Shown here: positions 1 to 9,920 of the stretch, in pieces
Numbering within the stretch: the first letter of the stretch is position 1
Layout: every line of letters begins with the position of its first letter
Assembly: GCA_963676565.1 (NCBI GenBank)
Contig: OY781089.1
Location: 1,600,001 to 1,664,000 of the forward strand
Direction: 5' to 3'
DNA from: Halarcobacter sp.
Lineage (GTDB): Bacteria > Campylobacterota > Campylobacteria > Campylobacterales > Arcobacteraceae
Length of the DNA: 64,000 bases
Position numbers and translations under genes: made by a program
The notes under the pieces: model-generated
Databases searched by the model: none
What the model was told of the DNA's origin: nothing
The model's input: the letters and a program-made list of their open reading frames with translations, nothing else

Positions 1-1322
1 ACTCTTCTTCATATCAAGATATGGAAGCTTATGAGAAAAAAACATTATTAACAAAAGCTATAATTAATATTGATGATAGTTCAGAATTTAATTTATCATT
101 AAATTTAAATAGAAGTGATAATGTCTTATATCCAAATACTCCAATGGATGCTGCTTATGATGATTCGGATATTTATACTATTTCATATACAAAGAGAAAT
201 CTAGGGAGCTATTCTAAAGAATTAAATGTTGAGTATTACTACTCAAAAGTTGATCACCCAATGGATACTGCTTTTAGAGTTGCAGCAAATGGTGGAACTG
301 TTGTAACTAACCATATGAACTCTTCAATTTGGGGTTCTAGAATTAAAAATTCAATGGATATTGCAGATTCTGTTTTAACTTACGGTTTAGATACTAGTGT
401 AAGAAATTGGAAAGGGCAGATGTTATCTACAACAGGAGGTGTTACAACAGTAACAAGTACTTCTTTAGATTCTACAGATACTAAAAATAAAGCATTATTT
501 ACAACATTGGAAAAAAGCTTTGGTGCATTAGATATAGAAGCTGGAATCAGATATGATGATACTAATATTGATAATGTAAATAGTGCAAAAACTAATAGAA
601 AATATAATGCATTAAATGGAAATATTTTCGCAGTTTATAATTTAGATAATGAAACAAAAATATTTGCAGGTATAGGTAAATCATCAAGAGTTCCAGATGC
701 TAGAGAGTTATATTATGGAGCAACAAATAATAATCTTGAGGATACAAAAAACTATGAGATTGATTTAGGTTTTGAAAAAAGCTTTGGTGATCTATTTATA
801 AAAACAAAATTTTTCTATTCAAAATTAGAAGATTATATTTACAATGCAAGTGGATTTGAAAACATTGATGCATCTATTTATGGTGCAGAAGTTTCTGGAT
901 TTTATTTAATAACTGAAGATATGATATTAGACTATGGTTTATCTTATTTAAAAGGTAAAAAAGATGGTAATTATGCAGATAAAGATTTGGCTGAAATCCC
1001 TCCATTAAAAGCGAACCTGTCGTTGAGTTATGATTTTGGACCAAGTGTATTAACAACTCAATTAATTGCATCAAAAGGGTGGAATTCTTATGATTCAACA
1101 GCTGGTGAGCAAGATTTAGGTGGTTATGCAGTTTTAAATACTAAATATAACCACAATATAAGTAGAAATTTTGATGTAACATTGGGGATTGATAATATAT
1201 TAGATAAAACATATACATCAACAAATACGTATAATGATATTACATATATTGGAAGTGGTGATACTGAACTTTTAAATGACCCAGGAAGATATTTTTATAT
1301 AAATTTAAAATATAGTTTTTAG
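1..1322 (+). CDS. TonB-dependent outer-membrane receptor, 5'-truncated by the window edge (possibly OprC/NosA-like copper receptor)
   Basis: Frame is open upstream of the ATG at 21; beta-barrel pattern, SRVPDARELY, GIDNILDKTY and C-terminal PGRYFYINLKYSF; DHPMD motif. Confidence 0.9.
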   Translation, partial: SSSYQDMEAYEKKTLLTKAIINIDDSSEFNLSLNLNRSDNVLYPNTPMDAAYDDSDIYTISYTKRNLGSYSKELNVEYYYSKVDHPMDTAFRVAANGGTVVTNHMNSSIWGSRIKNSMDIADSVLTYGLDTSVRNWKGQMLSTTGGVTTVTSTSLDSTDTKNKALFTTLEKSFGALDIEAGIRYDDTNIDNVNSAKTNRKYNALNGNIFAVYNLDNETKIFAGIGKSSRVPDARELYYGATNNNLEDTKNYEIDLGFEKSFGDLFIKTKFFYSKLEDYIYNASGFENIDASIYGAEVSGFYLITEDMILDYGLSYLKGKKDGNYADKDLAEIPPLKANLSLSYDFGPSVLTTQLIASKGWNSYDSTAGEQDLGGYAVLNTKYNHNISRNFDVTLGIDNILDKTYTSTNTYNDITYIGSGDTELLNDPGRYFYINLKYSF

Positions 1323-1346
1323 TCAAAATTGATTTGAAATAGTTTT

Positions 1347-1367
1347 AAGGGAGTATAAAACTCCCTT
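1347..1367 (+). terminator. Probable intrinsic terminator after the TonB receptor
   Basis: AAGGGAGT-ataaa-ACTCCCTT 8-bp stem; weak U tract. Confidence 0.55.
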
Positions 1368-1555
1368 GAGAAATATGTACACTAGAGGGCTAAAACTTAT
1401 ATTAAAAAATCTAAGTTGTAATGAAATATTATTAAAACTTGGAAACATAATGATTACACTTCAGACAAATAGATTATTTACAAAATTAGATTAAAAATTT
1501 ATAAATACTATAAGATTACTAATAGTAATATATTATAGATAAAAGGAGGTTTGTT

Positions 1556-1777
1556 ATGACTAGTGAACATTTAGAACCTGTAAAAAAAGATGATATTAAA
1601 GAATTGTCTAAATATGATGAAGATATTCATGTTATAGATTATGATGAGGGGAATTTTCATTGTGCAGAAGTGTTTTCCCATGAAGGTGCTTTTAGAGGCT
1701 GTGCTAAAACAAAGGAAGAGGCAGTGAAAAAAGCAGTAAATCTCTATGAAAAAGAGCATAAGGAAACTCAAAATTAG
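1556..1777 (+). CDS. Small hypothetical protein (73 aa), possible HicB-like fold
   Basis: Strong SD AAGGAGG; GCAKTKEEAVKKA resembles the GxTxEEA motif. Confidence 0.7.
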   Translation: MTSEHLEPVKKDDIKELSKYDEDIHVIDYDEGNFHCAEVFSHEGAFRGCAKTKEEAVKKAVNLYEKEHKETQN

Positions 1778-1786
1778 AATGGAGTT

Positions 1787-3016
1787 TTAATCAAAATCCA
1801 TTCTAACTTGAGTTTGGCCAGTGGTACAAAACTCTTCATCAATTTTTTTTGCTATTGCATGAAAGTTGATACCATTTATCTCTTTTAGACCTTTCATAAT
1901 TTGCTTTTTCCCATTTACTAACTCTTTTGATTTAATTCCATGGGAAATAGATAAAGATGCTTCTACAAATGCAGATAATTTATCACATTGTTTTAAAGCC
2001 TCTCCATCAATTGCATTGAATTTATCCATATTATATTTTGAAGCGTCATCTACTAATGTAATCTCTCCATTTTGATAAATTCTATTTGCAAATTCATCCT
2101 TTGAGTCTTCATACATCCCTAAAATATAACAAAATTCATCGTGCATAAACTCTGGAATATTTGGTAAGATTGCATCTTGTATCTTTTTGATTTCATATTC
2201 GGCAATAATATCAGATAAATCATCAACTGAATATTTTACAGGGGTTATAATATCTCTTGTTAAAGCTTCAGGTAAATCATGAAAAAGTGAAGTGAAGAAG
2301 TTGTTTTCAATTCTTTTTGGACAAGCATTAACTTCTATTGAATAAAAATAAGCAAAAATAGCAACAGTAAGCATGTGTCCTAAAACTGAAGTTTCTGGGA
2401 TTCTTGGTGTTTGTGCCCATCTTTTTTGAAACCTTAATCTGCCACTTAAATCAACAACCTTAGCAAGTTTTTTATTAAGTGCAATTTTTCTTACACCAAT
2501 TAGCTCATAATAATCTTCAATCTCTTCTTCAACACTTTTTTTAACCTCTTCAATATCTGAAAGAAAGGTTGAAGTTTGGTAAACTATTGAAAACTCCCAT
2601 CTTGTTGATAGATATGAAGCTGCTTTTAAAATAAATCTTTCTTTTTTGTAGATATTAGGATTATTTAAATACTCTTCAAATTTTTGTAAAAAAATACCAT
2701 TGTTTATTTCACCTAAAGATTTTTCTAAATTAGCAACTACCCAAGAGTTAATCTCTTTAGCTCTTTTTTGTAAAGCATTTCTAAATACATCAGGTCTAAT
2801 ATCTGTTACAACTACACGTCTTAAAAACTCAAAGATTGCAGCTTCAATTAAGTAATTATAATCAACATCTTTTTCAAATTTTGCAATAAAATATGCAATA
2901 ATTAATTTATGGGCTTGTTTATCAAGTTCAACCAATTCAACCATTCTTGGATAATCATTCCATCTTTGAATAGATGCTGATGAAAAAATATAGTCTATAA
3001 TTTTAGGATTTATCAT
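1787..3016 (-). CDS. HD-domain phosphohydrolase with internally duplicated YfbR-like domains
   Basis: QKRW..SVLGH..FHDLPEALTRDI..CDKL in the C-half; degenerate copy IQRW..QAH..FEFLRRVVVTDI in the N-half. Confidence 0.85.
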   Translation of the reverse strand: MINPKIIDYIFSSASIQRWNDYPRMVELVELDKQAHKLIIAYFIAKFEKDVDYNYLIEAAIFEFLRRVVVTDIRPDVFRNALQKRAKEINSWVVANLEKSLGEINNGIFLQKFEEYLNNPNIYKKERFILKAASYLSTRWEFSIVYQTSTFLSDIEEVKKSVEEEIEDYYELIGVRKIALNKKLAKVVDLSGRLRFQKRWAQTPRIPETSVLGHMLTVAIFAYFYSIEVNACPKRIENNFFTSLFHDLPEALTRDIITPVKYSVDDLSDIIAEYEIKKIQDAILPNIPEFMHDEFCYILGMYEDSKDEFANRIYQNGEITLVDDASKYNMDKFNAIDGEALKQCDKLSAFVEASLSISHGIKSKELVNGKKQIMKGLKEINGINFHAIAKKIDEEFCTTGQTQVRMDFD

Positions 3017-3018
3017 TT

Positions 3019-3120
3019 TTAATTCTTTTTATCGTCAGAAAAAAACATAAGTTTTTTACCAAGTAGCATAAATGCTACAACTACAAGCGTTACTGTATAT
3101 GCTACCCAATCTTCATGCAT
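3019..3120 (-). CDS. Small single-TM protein, 33 aa (not in ORF track)
   Basis: Manual translation MHEDWVAYTVTLVVVAFMLLGKKLMFFSDDKKN*; AAGAGA upstream; stop 2 nt before the HD gene start. Confidence 0.65.
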   Translation of the reverse strand: MHEDWVAYTVTLVVVAFMLLGKKLMFFSDDKKN

Positions 3121-3254
3121 TTTGTCTCTTTTTTTGTTTTAGAGATTATCCCATAATAATGATAAATTGGTACTTAGGATTTTTTTATTAAAAGTTTGAT
3201 GCAAATTGAAAAATTAGATGTATAATTCCAAAAATTAATATAAGGAATACTCAA

Positions 3255-4235
3255 ATGTCAATACTAACAATTGGCAACTATACATTAAAACATTTTGAAT
3301 TGAATGCAAAAGAGATTATGGATAATTACTTAAAAGAGATTAGTGTAGATTTAAGTGATTATACTTTTGCTGGAAATTATATTTGGCTTTCAACAGCAAC
3401 AGGTTTTTATTCAATTGTAAATGATACTTTTTGTCTTTTTATTTTAAATTCAGGTGAACTTACAATGCTTTTACCTCCAATAGGAAAAAAAGAAAAAACA
3501 TATGATGCTATATTAAAATGTTTTGAGATTATGAATGTTCATAATAGCAATAGAAACTATTCAAAAATAGAGTATGTTCATGAAGATATATTAGAGGGAT
3601 TTGTTGATTATTTAGAGGAGGGCACTTTAATATATGAGATGTTAAAAGATTTCCTTATAGAAAAAAAACTTGTGGATTATATTTATAAAGCTAATGATTT
3701 AATTGATTTAAAAGGTGATTCATATAAATCAAAAAGAAATGAGATTAATAAGTTTATAAAGATTTATCCAAATCATAGAATAGAAGTTTTAGAAAAGTCA
3801 AAACATGGTGAAGCTGTTATTCAACTTTTCAATAAATGGGTTAAAGATAGAACAACTTATATGCCAAAAGAGGAGGTTGAAGTTTTCCTTGATGGTATCT
3901 ATTTTGAAAGATTTGCAATAAAAAGGTTGTTTAATAATTATGAAAACCTAGATGTAGTTGGACTTGTAATTTATATAGATGATGAGATAAAAGGTTTTAC
4001 TGTTGGTGAAAAAATTAATGACACAACAGCAAGTGTAATTATTGAAAAAACAGATTTTGAAATATTAGGATGTGCACAATTTATTTTTAGAGAATTTACA
4101 AAAATATTAAAAGATAAATACGCAATAGAGTATGTGAATGTTGGTGATGATATGGGATTTGAAAACTTGAAAAAAGTAAAAATGTCTTATAGACCAAATA
4201 AACTTGTTCCAAAATACACAATCTATCAAAAATGA
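3255..4235 (+). CDS. Stand-alone DUF2156 (aminoacyl-PG synthase C-terminal-like) protein
   Basis: LLPPIG, DYIY..DLIDLKG..YKSKRN, IEKTD, YVNVGDDMGFENLKKVKMSYRP; no TM domain. Confidence 0.8.
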   Translation: MSILTIGNYTLKHFELNAKEIMDNYLKEISVDLSDYTFAGNYIWLSTATGFYSIVNDTFCLFILNSGELTMLLPPIGKKEKTYDAILKCFEIMNVHNSNRNYSKIEYVHEDILEGFVDYLEEGTLIYEMLKDFLIEKKLVDYIYKANDLIDLKGDSYKSKRNEINKFIKIYPNHRIEVLEKSKHGEAVIQLFNKWVKDRTTYMPKEEVEVFLDGIYFERFAIKRLFNNYENLDVVGLVIYIDDEIKGFTVGEKINDTTASVIIEKTDFEILGCAQFIFREFTKILKDKYAIEYVNVGDDMGFENLKKVKMSYRPNKLVPKYTIYQK

Positions 4236-4654
4236 AAATATCAAAAGCAACTAAAAAAGATGTAAAAAAACTTTTTATTTTAGAAAATGAAGTTTTTAAA
4301 AGTGATAGTATGGCTATCTCTTTAAGTAGTTTTTATTATCATTTAAAAAACAACACAATATTTATAGTTGAAGATGATGAATCAATTTTAGGTTACATAC
4401 TTTGGTTAGAAAGAAATAACTACTTTAGGCTTTATTCTTTATGTATTTCTACGAATTTTCAAGGGAATGGTTTTGGAAAAAAACTTTTAGAATATAGTTT
4501 TGAAAAAATGCCCAAAAAAGCAATGCAACTAGAAGTTAGATTATCAAATCAAAAAGCTATAAAATTATATGAAAAGTTTGAATTTAAAAAAGTAAAAATT
4601 TTAAAAGATTTTTATGAGAATGAAGATGGAGTTTTAATGAGAATAGAAAGATAA
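4232..4654 (+). CDS. GNAT N-acetyltransferase (RimI-like)
   Basis: FQGNGFGKKLL acetyl-CoA loop; LEVRLSNQKAIKLYEKFEF; ATGA overlap with DUF2156 gene. Confidence 0.85.
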   Translation: MKISKATKKDVKKLFILENEVFKSDSMAISLSSFYYHLKNNTIFIVEDDESILGYILWLERNNYFRLYSLCISTNFQGNGFGKKLLEYSFEKMPKKAMQLEVRLSNQKAIKLYEKFEFKKVKILKDFYENEDGVLMRIER

Positions 4655-4666
4655 ACTTTCTATTCT

Positions 4667-5116
4667 TTATACTCTACAGCTTCCAAAAAGATTATTGATT
4701 TTTTCAACTCTACCTTCATGTCTTCCACCTTCAAAAGATGAATTACACCAAGCATCAACTATTGCTTCAACCATTCCATATCCAGAAACTCTTTCTCCCA
4801 TACAAATTACATTTGCATCGTTGTGTTCTCTAGCCATTTTTGCACTATATTCATTGTGACAAAGTGCTGCTCTAATTCCATCAAATTTGTTTGCAGCCAT
4901 ACTCATCCCAATACCAGAACCACAAATTAAAATACCTTTGCTTCCTTCATTTGCTAAAACTTCTTTACAAACTTTTGCTGCAAAATCTGGATAATCAACT
5001 CTATCTTTTGAATAAGGTCCTAAATCCTCAACTTCATGACCTCTTGCTTCAAATAACTCTTTTACATAAGCTTTAATATCGATACCTGCATGGTCTGCTG
5101 CTATATAATATTTCAT
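4667..5116 (-). CDS. rpiB: Ribose-5-phosphate isomerase B
   Basis: ADHAG, DYPD, CGSGIG, HNDAN, FEGGRH. Confidence 0.97.
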   Translation of the reverse strand: MKYYIAADHAGIDIKAYVKELFEARGHEVEDLGPYSKDRVDYPDFAAKVCKEVLANEGSKGILICGSGIGMSMAANKFDGIRAALCHNEYSAKMAREHNDANVICMGERVSGYGMVEAIVDAWCNSSFEGGRHEGRVEKINNLFGSCRV

Positions 5117-5901
5117 TAGTAAATTCCCTCTTTATGATTTATTTCTATCTCTTTCCCCATGATTTCTTGTTCTATTGATTCAGGTGTTCTAAAAACTCTA
5201 TCCCATCTAATCTCTTTATTTTCATCCCAAGAAAAATAGATAAACCAAGGCTTACCTACAATAAATTTATATGGAACTGTTCCCCAAAATCTAGAGTCAT
5301 TAGAGTGATCTCTATTATCACCCATCATGAAAAATTCACCTTCAGGAATAAGAACTGGCATCATATCAAATAGTTGATATGGGTTTAAACCATTTTTTGT
5401 AACTGATGGGTCATTGTGAATACCTGGATGATCTTTTCTATATGGGTCTACAACAAATAGTTTTCCATCAGCTTCTACTGTCTGGTATCCTTTGTAGTTT
5501 TCTTTTACATAATCATTACCTTCATTTGGGTGAAGTAATAAATGTTTATCTTTTAATAAAACAATATCTCCACCTACAGCTACACATCTTTTTACATAAT
5601 GAATAACTTCGTTTCCTGGATATCTAAATACAACTATATCACCTCTTTGAGGCTTATCCCCTTCAATTAGGTGTCCATTATCATTAAAGTCTGGTAAAAC
5701 TTTTACTTCAAGCCATGGAATTCTTGGGGTTGGAACTCCATAAGAAAATTTCTTTACAAAAAGCATATCACCAATTAGTAAAGTATTTTTCATACTTCCA
5801 CTAGGAATTACAAAAGCTTGAGCTACAAAGAATATAATTGCTAGAACAATTACAACTGTTCCTGTCCAAGAGCTAGACCATTTGTAGATTTTGCCTAACA
5901 T
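5116..5901 (-). CDS. lepB: Signal peptidase I
   Basis: IPSGSM, YVKR, GDNRDHSNDSRFWG. Confidence 0.97.
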   Translation of the reverse strand: MLGKIYKWSSSWTGTVVIVLAIIFFVAQAFVIPSGSMKNTLLIGDMLFVKKFSYGVPTPRIPWLEVKVLPDFNDNGHLIEGDKPQRGDIVVFRYPGNEVIHYVKRCVAVGGDIVLLKDKHLLLHPNEGNDYVKENYKGYQTVEADGKLFVVDPYRKDHPGIHNDPSVTKNGLNPYQLFDMMPVLIPEGEFFMMGDNRDHSNDSRFWGTVPYKFIVGKPWFIYFSWDENKEIRWDRVFRTPESIEQEIMGKEIEINHKEGIY

Positions 5902-6762
5902 CTACTTACTTTCTCTATCATCTCTTAGTTTAGCAGCTTTAACTGTATTTTTTAGAAGCATTGCAATTGTCATTGGTCCAACTCCACCTGGAACTGGTGT
6001 GATATAAGAACATTTATCCTTACATCCTTCAAAATCAACATCCCCAACTAATTTTCCAGTTTCTAATCTGTTTATTCCAACATCAACTACGATTGCACCC
6101 TCTTTTACCATATCTTCTGTAACAAGGTTAACTCTACCTGCTGCTACAATTAGGATATCTGCATTTAAAGTATGAGCTTTTAAATCTCTTGTTTTTGAAT
6201 TACAAACTTCAACTGTTGCTTTTGCATTTATCATAAGTGCTGCCATTGGTTTACCAACAATGTCAGATGCACCAATAATACAAACATTTTTCCCAACTAA
6301 ATCGATATTGTATTCTTCTAACATTCTCATAACACCAAATGGAGTTGCAGGTAAAAATGCATCAAGATTTGAAACCATTCTTCCTACATTGTATGGGTGG
6401 AAACCATCAACATCTTTTTGAGGGTCAATTGCTTCAAGAATTGTTGTAGTATCAACTTGCGGTGGCAATGGAAGTTGTACTAAAATACCATCAAGGTTTG
6501 GGTTTTCGTTCATTCTATCAATAATATCTAATATCTCATTTTGTGAAATTGTATCTGGCATTTCGTGAACTACCGAATAAATACCTGCATTTTTACAAGC
6601 TTTTGCTTTCATACCTACATAAGTAGCACTTGCTGCATCATTTCCAACTAAAATTACAGCTAAACCAGGAGTTACATGTTTCTGTTTTTGAAGTTCTTCA
6701 ACTTCAACTTTTACTTCTTCTTTAATTTTGTCCGATAATGCTTTACCATCTAATATAGTCAT
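5902..6762 (-). CDS. folD: Methylenetetrahydrofolate dehydrogenase/cyclohydrolase
   Basis: GILVQLPLP, KDVDGFHP, TPVPGGVGPMT. Confidence 0.98.
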   Translation of the reverse strand: MTILDGKALSDKIKEEVKVEVEELQKQKHVTPGLAVILVGNDAASATYVGMKAKACKNAGIYSVVHEMPDTISQNEILDIIDRMNENPNLDGILVQLPLPPQVDTTTILEAIDPQKDVDGFHPYNVGRMVSNLDAFLPATPFGVMRMLEEYNIDLVGKNVCIIGASDIVGKPMAALMINAKATVEVCNSKTRDLKAHTLNADILIVAAGRVNLVTEDMVKEGAIVVDVGINRLETGKLVGDVDFEGCKDKCSYITPVPGGVGPMTIAMLLKNTVKAAKLRDDRESK

Positions 6763-6849
6763 ACTTTTATAGCCTCATATGTATTTAAATTTAGGTTGAT
6801 ATAATATCCAAAAAATTTTTAATATAGCATTACATCTTAGAGGTTACAA

Positions 6850-7230
6850 TTGAGACTTATTTTATCAGTTCTATTTTTATCAAGTTTATTATTTTCTGCT
6901 ACTAAAAATAGCCTTGATAATTCATTTATTACACGATTCGAATATGGAGCTATGCTTTATGAAAATCCAAGGGGAGTAGGGTGTATCTCTTGTCATAAAA
7001 AAGGTGATAAACCAGTTATAATTGCAAAATATAAAGAAAAAGATAGAAAAACAAAAAAATTAGTAGAAAAATCAATAATTGCTCCAGCAATAAATGAAGT
7101 AAGTTATGAAGCATTTATCGATAAAATGACTGCTGATAAAACAGATTCAAAGGTTATGCCAACATATTTTTTGACAAAAGAGGAACTAGATTCTTTGTAT
7201 TTTTATATAAAAAGATTAAATAAAAAATAA
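6850..7230 (+). CDS. Periplasmic monoheme cytochrome c
   Basis: Signal peptide, CISCH heme motif, distal VMP Met. Confidence 0.85.
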   Translation: MRLILSVLFLSSLLFSATKNSLDNSFITRFEYGAMLYENPRGVGCISCHKKGDKPVIIAKYKEKDRKTKKLVEKSIIAPAINEVSYEAFIDKMTADKTDSKVMPTYFLTKEELDSLYFYIKRLNKK

Positions 7231-7308
7231 AACTTATACTTTCATTAAACTAACTTTTATAAAACTTTTAGTAAAATCGCAGTCCAAAATTTAAAACAAA
7301 GGAATGTT

Positions 7309-7845
7309 ATGTTAGAGGGTATCGTAAGAAATAGTATAACAAAACAAGAAACTAAATCTTTAAGAAGAGATGGTTACTTAATTGCAAATATCTATGGTAA
7401 AGGTTTAGAAAATATTAATGCTGCATTCAAAAAGAATGAATTCATTAAATTTTTAAGAAATAAAACAACTATTGCATTTGATGTAAAAGTTGGTGACAAT
7501 ACAGTTAAAGTTGTAGTACAAGAGTATCAAAAATGTCCAATTACTTCTGATTTATTACATGTTGACTTAATGATTGCTCAACCAGGTGTTAGAACTTCTT
7601 ATAAAGTTCCAGTAACAGTTGAAGGTACTCCAAAAGGTCTTAAAAACAAAGGTCTTTTTGTATTCCATAAAAAAAGAGTTCCAGTTAAATGTACAATTGA
7701 AAACTTACCAGAGTCTTTCCATTTACAAATTGCTGATCTTGATACTGGTGACAATATCTTAGTTAGAGACTTAACTATGCCAGAAGGTGTTGAGTGTTTC
7801 TTAGACCCAAGAGTTCCAGTTGTAGGTGTTATTAAAGCTAAGTAA
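7309..7845 (+). CDS. rplY: 50S ribosomal protein L25 / Ctc
   Basis: [18 protein letters not shown]; adjacent to pth. Confidence 0.95.
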   Translation: MLEGIVRNSITKQETKSLRRDGYLIANIYGKGLENINAAFKKNEFIKFLRNKTTIAFDVKVGDNTVKVVVQEYQKCPITSDLLHVDLMIAQPGVRTSYKVPVTVEGTPKGLKNKGLFVFHKKRVPVKCTIENLPESFHLQIADLDTGDNILVRDLTMPEGVECFLDPRVPVVGVIKAK

Positions 7846-7857
7846 TTAGGTTTTCTA

Positions 7858-8409
7858 ATGCACTTAATTGTAGGTCTTGGTAATATTGGTGATAAGTATC
7901 AATTAACTAGACACAATATAGGTTTTTTAGTTATCGATGAGATAACTAAAAACCTAAATACTTCAAACATAAATAAATCAAACTTCAAATCAGATCTTTT
8001 TAAATCAGGTTATGACCTTTATTCAAAACCTAAAACTTATATGAATCTCTCAGGTGAGGCTGTTCATGCAATCAAAGAATATTATAAATTAGAAAACGAA
8101 AATATAATTGTTATTCATGATGATTTAGATTTACCTTTTGGAAGCGTTAAATTTAAAATTGGTGGAGGTCATGGTGGTCACAACGGTTTAAAATCAATAG
8201 ATTCATATATTGGTAAAGATTATATAAGAGTTAGAATTGGGATTGGCAAGCCACAAGATAAGACACAAGTAGCAAATTATGTATTATCCAACTTTTCAAA
8301 AGAAGAATTAAATAAATTAGAAGATATAATCTCTCATACTATAAAAGCAATTGACGCACTTAAAGTTGAAGATATTGATGTAGTAAAATCAAAATTTACA
8401 CTAAAATAA
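7858..8409 (+). CDS. pth: Peptidyl-tRNA hydrolase
   Basis: LIVGLGN, TRHNIG, KPKTYMNLSG, HDDLD, GGHNGLKS. Confidence 0.98.
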   Translation: MHLIVGLGNIGDKYQLTRHNIGFLVIDEITKNLNTSNINKSNFKSDLFKSGYDLYSKPKTYMNLSGEAVHAIKEYYKLENENIIVIHDDLDLPFGSVKFKIGGGHGGHNGLKSIDSYIGKDYIRVRIGIGKPQDKTQVANYVLSNFSKEELNKLEDIISHTIKAIDALKVEDIDVVKSKFTLK

Positions 8410-8410
8410 T

Positions 8411-9484
8411 ATGAGCATATTAACAAAATATATTTTAAAAAAATACCTATTACACTTTTTTATTGTTTTAATTTCCCTAGAACTATTTTTTGTAGGAATG
8501 GATTTTTTACAAAACTCAAAAAATCTTCCAGCTTCTGCAAACTTGCAGTTTTTATATTTGATGTATAACACTTTATTTTCACTGTTTTTAACACTTCCTT
8601 TATCCTTAGTTTTTGCATGGGTTGTAACTTTAGTTATTTTTATTAGAAATAATGAATTAGTAGCCTTTAGTTCACTTGGAGCTAAGAGACTTAAAATTTA
8701 TATTCCAGTAATATTAAGTGCTTTTGCATTAATTCTAATGCAAATACTACTTCAAATGACACCTATTGCATATTCTTATGAACAAAAAAATAAAATTTTA
8801 GATGGAAATTACTTTAGTAGTATGAAATCAGATATCTTTTTAAAATATAATGACAACTTTATATATTTTGAAAATCTATATCCTTTAAGAAAAGAAGCTG
8901 AAAATATTCATATTTATAAAGTTGTTGAAGATGATATAGTAGAAACAATAATCGCTAAAAAAGCTATTTTTCAAAATGATAAATGGTATATTATAGATGC
9001 AAAAATTGTAAAAAAACCAAAAGATTTGGATTTTCAAACATCTAAATTAGAGGTTAGATATGAGAAGTTTTTAAATACACTAGACGGGTTTAAGCCAAAA
9101 ATTTTAGATAATGTATATGAATCAAAATCAAATTTTTCTATTCTTGATGCTATTTCAGCATTAAGTTTATTAAATGAACAAGGTGTCAATACTGATAAAA
9201 TAAGAGCTGCAATATATTATGAAACTTTTATTCCTTTTTTTATTATACCTTTAATGATGATGATTTTTGCTTTTAGTTCTTTAAATAGAAGATTTTTTAA
9301 TTTAGGAACCTTTACCTCTTTTTCGGTATTTGGAACCTTGGTTATTTGGGGAATATTTTTTATGTTGCACAAGTTTTCAAATAGTGGAGTTATAAAACCA
9401 GAAGTTTCTTTGCTGTTACCATTATTATTGTGGTTTTTAATCTCTTTTTTTATTTACAGAAAAAAAGTTGGAATAGATGCCTAA
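8411..9484 (+). CDS. LptF/LptG family LPS export permease
   Basis: 3 TM + periplasmic + 3 TM layout; RNNELVAFSSLG. Confidence 0.88.
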   Translation: MSILTKYILKKYLLHFFIVLISLELFFVGMDFLQNSKNLPASANLQFLYLMYNTLFSLFLTLPLSLVFAWVVTLVIFIRNNELVAFSSLGAKRLKIYIPVILSAFALILMQILLQMTPIAYSYEQKNKILDGNYFSSMKSDIFLKYNDNFIYFENLYPLRKEAENIHIYKVVEDDIVETIIAKKAIFQNDKWYIIDAKIVKKPKDLDFQTSKLEVRYEKFLNTLDGFKPKILDNVYESKSNFSILDAISALSLLNEQGVNTDKIRAAIYYETFIPFFIIPLMMMIFAFSSLNRRFFNLGTFTSFSVFGTLVIWGIFFMLHKFSNSGVIKPEVSLLLPLLLWFLISFFIYRKKVGIDA

Positions 9485-9920
9485 AGAGTATGCTTATGGT
9501 GTAATCCCTTATAAATTAGAAGATAGGAAAATCAAAATCTTACTTTGTAAGTCTGTAAAAAGTTTCGATAAATGGGGCTGTTTAAAAGGTGTTCAAGATA
9601 AAAATGAGACAGCAAAACAGTGTGCTAAAAGGGAGTTCTTTGAAGAATCATCTATAAAAGTAAATATTGATGATTTTGAAGAGTATTTTTCACAAGAGAA
9701 TGAATCAAAAGATATTGGAATTTGGCTTATTAACTCAAAAAATGTTCTAAATATAAATAGTTTCTTTTACAATGATACATTATATAAATATCTCTTATCT
9801 TGGGAAAATTCAAAGGTGAAATTTTTTGATATTGATGATTTACCTAGAATTAAAAAGAAACAAAAAAAATTAATTAAAGAGGTTAAGGATTTTTTGCGAA
9901 ATAAGCATCGATCCCATTAG
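9477..9920 (+). CDS. NUDIX hydrolase
   Basis: KGVQDKNETAKQCAKREFFEESS Nudix box. Confidence 0.85.
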   Translation: MPKEYAYGVIPYKLEDRKIKILLCKSVKSFDKWGCLKGVQDKNETAKQCAKREFFEESSIKVNIDDFEEYFSQENESKDIGIWLINSKNVLNINSFFYNDTLYKYLLSWENSKVKFFDIDDLPRIKKKQKKLIKEVKDFLRNKHRSH

